A stretch of 64,000 nt of DNA. Source: an uncultured Gammaproteobacteria bacterium (GTDB taxonomy: Bacteria > Patescibacteriota > Microgenomatia > 2-02-FULL-39-11). A model generated the notes under the pieces. The model searched no databases. It was not told the DNA's origin and saw only the letters and a list, made by a program, of their open reading frames with translations. Below, in pieces: positions 59,121-64,000 of this stretch. The DNA lies in contig CAYIFB010000004.1 in assembly GCA_964362665.1 (NCBI GenBank), forward strand, positions 13,349 to 77,348, read 5' to 3'. Each line of letters starts with the position of its first letter. The first letter of the stretch is position 1. A program made the translations under genes and the position numbers.

Positions 59121-59219
59121 TCCTCCCAAGCAAATCCCTGTCCTTTGACAAGGATAATAATCGAGAGAATAATGATAGATGCACCTGTTTGAATCAACAC
59201 AATGGTCTAATATACCAAA

Positions 59220-61316
59220 CTAAACTTTTAAAGTCAACATGAAACTCTTAACTTTAGTCCATTGTTCACCGGCATTAAGATATAAATAATCGAGAAGTTG
59301 CATTGGATTGAGAAGACATTTTTTTATTTCCTTCTTGCAGTCTGTAATGAATTTGATAGGAATATTTTTTGCAATATCAACTCCATCTGCCGTGATGGAA
59401 ATAGTGGTTGATAACGGAATATTTGAGGTAATATCAACAAACCAAGGTTTAATCCTGTATGAATAATCCGACGGCATTTGCACCTTCAAATCTGAAAGGT
59501 GATCACCTGTAACTTGGATATTTTGTACTGATGTAGGTCGGCCTAACTTATTTAACGGTAGAATAAAAAGCCTCAAGGGATTTCTACCGGCAACGGCAGT
59601 TTTATTATTCCAGTAAAATATGGAGTGGTCGGAATCCACTTTCAGACCGGATTTATCCGGCTGAAACACAGGATTAAGTTTTTGGAGTTTCGTAATATTT
59701 TCAATTGGCGTTAAATATATTGAATTCTCATCTTGGGAAAAAGTAAAAAATGGTGTGAATTCTTCTTCAACTCTCCAACCTGCTAACAGCATATTCTTTT
59801 CGGGTTTAAAGAATAAATCAAATTGATTGGGAAAACTTATAACTTGTGGCATATCTGATGAAAACAAATTATTCAGAACCATATCTTTTGAATTCGTGAA
59901 TTTCGCCTGAAGATTTTTACTCAAAATTATTTTCGCCGGTTGCAAGATAATAGAATTATTTTGTTTGTCTCTAAAAGTTATTACTACCTCACTCGTTTTA
60001 TCATCTAAATCGAAATCTCCCTGACCAATTTCAATTCCAAAAGAACTTGTCTCTATATCCGACTTATTTTCACTGATAAAGTTTTTTGTATTTTTAAAAT
60101 TTGTTTTTACTGAAGTAGCAAACGTTTTCGAGCCGTCAATTAAATAAGGAACCGTCCAATATGAATAATCTGCACTCGCAGGCTCCTTATAATACGGATC
60201 CTCTATCGGGGTAAATACTCTCAAATCATCCAAAATTAATTTTTTGTTTTTTAATAATATCCGGGCGCGGTAATTTTTCCCGAAATACCAGAGTACTCCA
60301 ATTTTACTTTTATCATTGAAATCTTTCTTCAGAAAAAACGGCGGATTTCCCGCGTATTTATTTTGAAAAGTTTCAGCATAATCAGAAGGCGAAATTACTT
60401 TTAACTTTCCACTTTTAACTAAATCCGAGAGATATTCCAACTGCCTCAAGTATTCCTGTCCGTATTTATCCCAAGGGTATGAGTTTTCAAAACCCAAAAC
60501 TCCAAAGCGGAATTCTGACGGTTGACTGACCGCGTCATCCACTAATGACTTAAAATAAGTGATGTCCTTTTTTTGAGGATTTTCCAAATAGTCGTTGGGC
60601 TGGGAAGTGAAGTATGATTTGGGAGATCCGTAATTGTGCAGGAGATCGCTTACCGTCTGGCGAATCATGACAATTCCTAATTTATCGCCGAAATTGCCCG
60701 GGATTAAGGGGTGATTTAAAGCCGGGTAATAGGGAGCATTGAATATTCCTCCCTCCAGAGAATAAGAATCGGTTTCATACTGCTCTTTGGTCAATTCATG
60801 CAAAATGACCCCGTATTGGTCATGAATATATTTTAAAGACCAGCTGTCGATCATCCAGGCAGAAGTATATGAGGGAAAATAGCCAAACTTTGCTTTAAAT
60901 TTGCCAAAAGCCGTATCGATCAGCTTCTTGCGATCTTCTTGTGAATAACCCAGTAGCATGGAATTTTTCGCGAAGAACCAATCTGTACTTTGAGAATTTA
61001 AAGATCCACTGTATTTCACCTTTGCCTCAATTGCTAATCGTGGTGTAATTTCCAAAAGTAACCCCGGATCTTTGATTTTTTTTATTTTGTCAAAGATTAC
61101 AGGATCATCAAAGACGTCGTAACGGATAGTCCAACCCATCGGTAGTGTTTGAAGTTTTTCAGATTCTAAAACTTCATCAATAAGCTCCTCGCTCCCTTTA
61201 TCACAGCAATTTTCGTTTCCCCTAATTTGGTTAATAATTAAAAAATTTGCCTCACTGGCATATACAGGTTTAATCGTGCTAATTAAAAGCACAAGAAATA
61301 CAAAGAAATACATCAT
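59220..61316 (-). CDS. Large secreted hypothetical protein (698 aa)
   Basis: N-terminal signal peptide; no recognised catalytic motif. Confidence 0.45.
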   Translation of the reverse strand: MMYFFVFLVLLISTIKPVYASEANFLIINQIRGNENCCDKGSEELIDEVLESEKLQTLPMGWTIRYDVFDDPVIFDKIKKIKDPGLLLEITPRLAIEAKVKYSGSLNSQSTDWFFAKNSMLLGYSQEDRKKLIDTAFGKFKAKFGYFPSYTSAWMIDSWSLKYIHDQYGVILHELTKEQYETDSYSLEGGIFNAPYYPALNHPLIPGNFGDKLGIVMIRQTVSDLLHNYGSPKSYFTSQPNDYLENPQKKDITYFKSLVDDAVSQPSEFRFGVLGFENSYPWDKYGQEYLRQLEYLSDLVKSGKLKVISPSDYAETFQNKYAGNPPFFLKKDFNDKSKIGVLWYFGKNYRARILLKNKKLILDDLRVFTPIEDPYYKEPASADYSYWTVPYLIDGSKTFATSVKTNFKNTKNFISENKSDIETSSFGIEIGQGDFDLDDKTSEVVITFRDKQNNSIILQPAKIILSKNLQAKFTNSKDMVLNNLFSSDMPQVISFPNQFDLFFKPEKNMLLAGWRVEEEFTPFFTFSQDENSIYLTPIENITKLQKLNPVFQPDKSGLKVDSDHSIFYWNNKTAVAGRNPLRLFILPLNKLGRPTSVQNIQVTGDHLSDLKVQMPSDYSYRIKPWFVDITSNIPLSTTISITADGVDIAKNIPIKFITDCKKEIKKCLLNPMQLLDYLYLNAGEQWTKVKSFMLTLKV

Positions 61317-62840
61317 TTATGTTTCATCCCTTACGCGGTACTGTAAAGCTTCGGCAATATGGGATGTCAAAACCTCTGTTTCTCCGGATAAATCAGCAAT
61401 GGTCCTGCCGACTTTAATTATCCTGTAGTAAGTGCGGGCGGAAAAACGCATGGCGGTAACGGCCTGTTTCAGAAGATTCAAACAACTTTCCGATAAAATA
61501 ATTTTTTCTTTGATAAAGCGTGCGGTCATGTCAGAGTTACAGACAAAATCGGTTTTGGCAAACCGCTTGCTTTGGAGATTCCTCGCTTTCTGGACCCTTT
61601 TTCTGACATCTTTTGACGACTCGCTTTTAAAATTACCTGTTAATTTTTCCGCAGTTACAGGAGGAAGATCAATATGCAGGTCAATTCTGTCCAAAATCGG
61701 GCCGGATATTCTTTTTTTGTATTGGGAAATTTGTCCAGGCAGACAGCGGCAGTTTTTTACTTTGTCTCCGAAGTATCCGCAGGGGCAGGGGTTGCTGGCT
61801 GCAATAAGCACAAATTTGGCTGGATAAGTGACTGTACCTACCGCCCGGGAAATAGTCACAATCCCGTCTTCAATCGGCTGGCGAAGAGACTCCAGAACGT
61901 GGCGCGGAAATTCCGGAAATTCATCCAGAAACAACACCCCGCGGTGCGCCATAGATATTTCACCGGGTGTTGGTTTAGTCCCTCCTCCAATCAGTCCAAT
62001 CCGGGACGTTGTATGGTGGGGAGCCCGGAAGGGCCGGACGGTAATAACTGATGCTCCTTCGGGAATACTCCCTGTGATTGAATAAATTTTGGTAACCTCT
62101 AGAGCCTCTTGTTCTGTTAATGTCGGCAAAATACCGGGAAGGGCCCGGGCAAGCATGGTTTTTCCTGCCCCCGGCACGCCTTTCATAAAAAGATTATGCC
62201 CGCCGGCGGCGCTAATCTCGAGCGCCCTTTTCCCGAGCTCCTGACCTGAAATTTCTGACAGATCAAACTCCGGATATATTTTTTCTTCCAGAGTATGAAA
62301 GGGGATGTTGGGATGAAATTTTATCGGCAAAGTTTTATTCAAATGACGGAAAAGTTCGAGGATCGAGGTGACCGGATAAATTTTAATGCCTTTGACAATC
62401 GCCGCTTCGCGGGCGTTCACAAACGGCAGGAAAACCGAGTCAAATTTTTTTTCTTTAGCAAGAAGAGTAAGAGGAAGTATTCCCTTGGTGTGGCGAAGCG
62501 TTCCATCCAGAGACAGCTCGCCGAAAAATAGAGAGTCATTCACGTCGCAGACTAATTGTTCTGACGCCATCAGAATCCCCAAAGCAATCGGCAAATCGTA
62601 GGATGGCCCTTCTTTGGGAAGATCAGCCGGGGCAAGATTGACCGTAATCCTGTGCGGAGGAAACTCTGCTCCAGAATTTTTGATGGCGGATCGCACTCTT
62701 TCCTTTGATTCCTCAATTGATTTTGAAGGAAGCCCGACTATAGTAAAAGAAGGCAGTGACTGGGAGGAAATATCCACCTCTACGGTCACAGGTAAACAAT
62801 TTAATCCAATAGTAGCTCCAGACATCACTTTTGCCAGCAT
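61317..62840 (-). CDS. comM: YifB/ComM family Mg-chelatase-like AAA+ ATPase
   Basis: N-terminal Lon-protease-like domain; Walker A GVPGAGKT; Walker B LFLDEFPEF; C-terminal domain. Confidence 0.85.
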   Translation of the reverse strand: MLAKVMSGATIGLNCLPVTVEVDISSQSLPSFTIVGLPSKSIEESKERVRSAIKNSGAEFPPHRITVNLAPADLPKEGPSYDLPIALGILMASEQLVCDVNDSLFFGELSLDGTLRHTKGILPLTLLAKEKKFDSVFLPFVNAREAAIVKGIKIYPVTSILELFRHLNKTLPIKFHPNIPFHTLEEKIYPEFDLSEISGQELGKRALEISAAGGHNLFMKGVPGAGKTMLARALPGILPTLTEQEALEVTKIYSITGSIPEGASVITVRPFRAPHHTTSRIGLIGGGTKPTPGEISMAHRGVLFLDEFPEFPRHVLESLRQPIEDGIVTISRAVGTVTYPAKFVLIAASNPCPCGYFGDKVKNCRCLPGQISQYKKRISGPILDRIDLHIDLPPVTAEKLTGNFKSESSKDVRKRVQKARNLQSKRFAKTDFVCNSDMTARFIKEKIILSESCLNLLKQAVTAMRFSARTYYRIIKVGRTIADLSGETEVLTSHIAEALQYRVRDET

Positions 62841-62968
62841 TAAGGAAAGTGTAGTATGAAGCCGGAAGATTAGTCAATGAATATAGCATCCCCATAAATT
62901 ATGATAAACTTTATCAAAGTTAAGAAAGATCATAAATATGACAATAGAATTGTGATAAATTAACCTAT

Positions 62969-63553
62969 ATGTTTTTATTAAAAGATGATTGCTGGCAAAT
63001 AAAAAAAACAGAAGGAAAAGGATATGGAGTTTTCGCCAAAAAAGAGATAAAAGCCGGCACCGTAATCGGTGACTACCTTGGAAAAGTAATAAATATCGCC
63101 GAGTATGATCTGGATAACGATAAAAAAGGGCTTTATTTAATGTACTTTACAGACACTGCTTCAATTTACCCAAATTTAAAAAAACCCGGCATCCACCTTC
63201 TGAACCATTCTTGCACACCAAACTGCTGGATTTATACCTACCGTGGCCACACTCTGTTTTTTGCGCTAAGAAAAATTGAGCCTTACGAAGAACTAACAAT
63301 CTCCTACCTGCTTAGTCCAAAAGACGAAACCTGTAAACCCTGCATGCATACCTGCAGATGCAGCAGTAATTTTTGCACCGGCACGATGCACCTCTCAAAA
63401 GATAATTACGAAAGATGGCAAAAATTTCAAAATGAAGAAAAGAAGAAAACTAAAACGGTAAAATTTGTCTTTGGTAAAAATCTGCCAAAACTCGCCTCTT
63501 ATCCAAAAAAAATCCCCTATAACCCAATCTATGCAATGATTTGTTCCTCCTAG
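62969..63553 (+). CDS. SET-domain protein (putative protein-lysine methyltransferase) with Cys-rich post-SET region
   Basis: GYGVFA, the hallmark NHSCTPNC motif, ELTISY, and the post-SET block CKPCMHTCRCSSNFCTG. Confidence 0.7.
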   Translation: MFLLKDDCWQIKKTEGKGYGVFAKKEIKAGTVIGDYLGKVINIAEYDLDNDKKGLYLMYFTDTASIYPNLKKPGIHLLNHSCTPNCWIYTYRGHTLFFALRKIEPYEELTISYLLSPKDETCKPCMHTCRCSSNFCTGTMHLSKDNYERWQKFQNEEKKKTKTVKFVFGKNLPKLASYPKKIPYNPIYAMICSS

Positions 63554-63592
63554 AAGACGCTGAAATTCACAATGGACGCTGTGTTCAATTTT

Positions 63593-63988
63593 CTAATGAA
63601 CTGTGGGTAAATCTTTTTCCGAAAAGCCTCCTCGGCACCACTCTGTATAATCAAACTTTTTCAGATCATGTAATATTATCCTTGACCTGTCCACCCAATT
63701 GAGAATAATCTGGTCGGCAGATGACTGCGCTTTATCCAGTAACGCATTTATTATCGCGATATCCCTTTCAAAATGTTTTGAGGCGCTGGTTCCTACCAGA
63801 GAGTAAAGACACTTCAAAATAGAGGCTCTCTGCGGACAATTTTGATCTGAGGCAAGGGTGAGCAAAAGATCGGCATTATCTATAATAGTTATCAGTTCAT
63901 CCCACTCCGGTATGGACTTCTGTTTTGATTTTTGGTATGCCCATTTTGTTATAGAAAGAGAAGAAGTAATAGAAAAAGATTTTATCAT
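63593..63988 (-). CDS. Hypothetical protein
   Basis: ORF only, near the window edge. Confidence 0.3.
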   Translation of the reverse strand: MIKSFSITSSLSITKWAYQKSKQKSIPEWDELITIIDNADLLLTLASDQNCPQRASILKCLYSLVGTSASKHFERDIAIINALLDKAQSSADQIILNWVDRSRIILHDLKKFDYTEWCRGGFSEKDLPTVH

Positions 63989-64000
63989 TATATTTCCTTC

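Noticed and set aside
59035-59219. Leader peptide or T-box for the ilvB attenuator
   Set aside because: There is no ATG-initiated BCAA-rich mini-ORF; only a GTG-started, Leu/Ser-containing frame without a ribosome-binding site. There is no GGUGGNACC core. I kept only the hairpin and repeats as observations.
1-64000. tRNA, rRNA, CRISPR arrays, transposases or integrases
   Set aside because: No intergenic segment has tRNA-like GC-rich 70-90 nt structure. There are no regularly spaced direct repeats beyond the 14-bp x2.7 tandem at 59083-59120. No ORF has transposase or integrase motifs.

Overview
This is an AT-rich (roughly 35% GC) bacterial chromosomal window on both strands. Genes are tightly packed with many 1-4 bp overlaps. 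I saw no rRNA, tRNA, CRISPR array, transposase or integrase. All protein calls rest on motifs I recognised by eye in the supplied translations; I ran no searches.

Contents from left to right:
(1) Housekeeping and cell envelope. The 3' part of a UPF0182 membrane protein, a DedA/VTT protein, engB with an upstream CapA-family gene, a divergent P-loop ATPase with a small unknown partner, a PQQ sugar dehydrogenase, and a pair of GT-C-type membrane glycosyltransferase-like proteins.
(2) A roughly 18 kb metal (copper) and thiol-stress island at about 12.5-30.3 kb. It holds a CusRS/CopRS-like two-component system, a rhodanese, a CopB-type (CPH motif) P1B ATPase translationally coupled to a Cys-rich mini-protein, a methyltransferase, a PadR regulator, a DsrE-like protein, an unannotated 43-aa membrane peptide, a DUF302 protein, an HMA-permease-cupredoxin fusion with a Gly/Cys tail, CopZ, a CopA-type (CPC motif) ATPase, DUF1573, a membrane protein with Cys-Cys dyads, an exported Cys protein, a membrane-anchored cupredoxin, a CaCA antiporter, DUF192 and a NicO-like Ni/Co transporter.
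(3) era, rdgB, gltX, a D-Ala-D-Ala carboxypeptidase, and a minus-strand operon of archaeal-type phosphoenolpyruvate carboxylase (PEPC), an aspartate aminotransferase and a short archaeal/eukaryal-type aspS. This operon is preceded by what I read as a compact T-box riboswitch with a canonical GGUGGUACCG element, an antiterminator/terminator switch and a sequestered ribosome-binding site. recJ lies upstream on the same strand.
(4) cca, secDF, an AbrB-like protein plus a wHTH-nucleotidyltransferase pair, DUF3048, DUF4446 and a DUF5679 zinc-ribbon mini-protein.
(5) A branched-chain amino-acid cluster. leuA(short)-leuC-leuD-leuB is preceded by a sigma70-like promoter, a 17-aa leader peptide with 7 Leu, and an intrinsic terminator that ends right at the leuA start, which I read as a classic attenuator. 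It converges on ilvB-ilvN-(ThrC-like PLP enzyme fused to a LeuA-type allosteric domain)-ridA-ilvE.
(6) A large secreted protein, comM/yifB, a SET-domain protein and a partial hypothetical.

The most interesting items are the T-box in front of a PEPC-aspartate aminotransferase-aspS operon, the ThrC-like/LeuA-allosteric-domain fusion sitting where ilvA would be (next to a leuA that lacks that domain), and several unusual components of the copper island.
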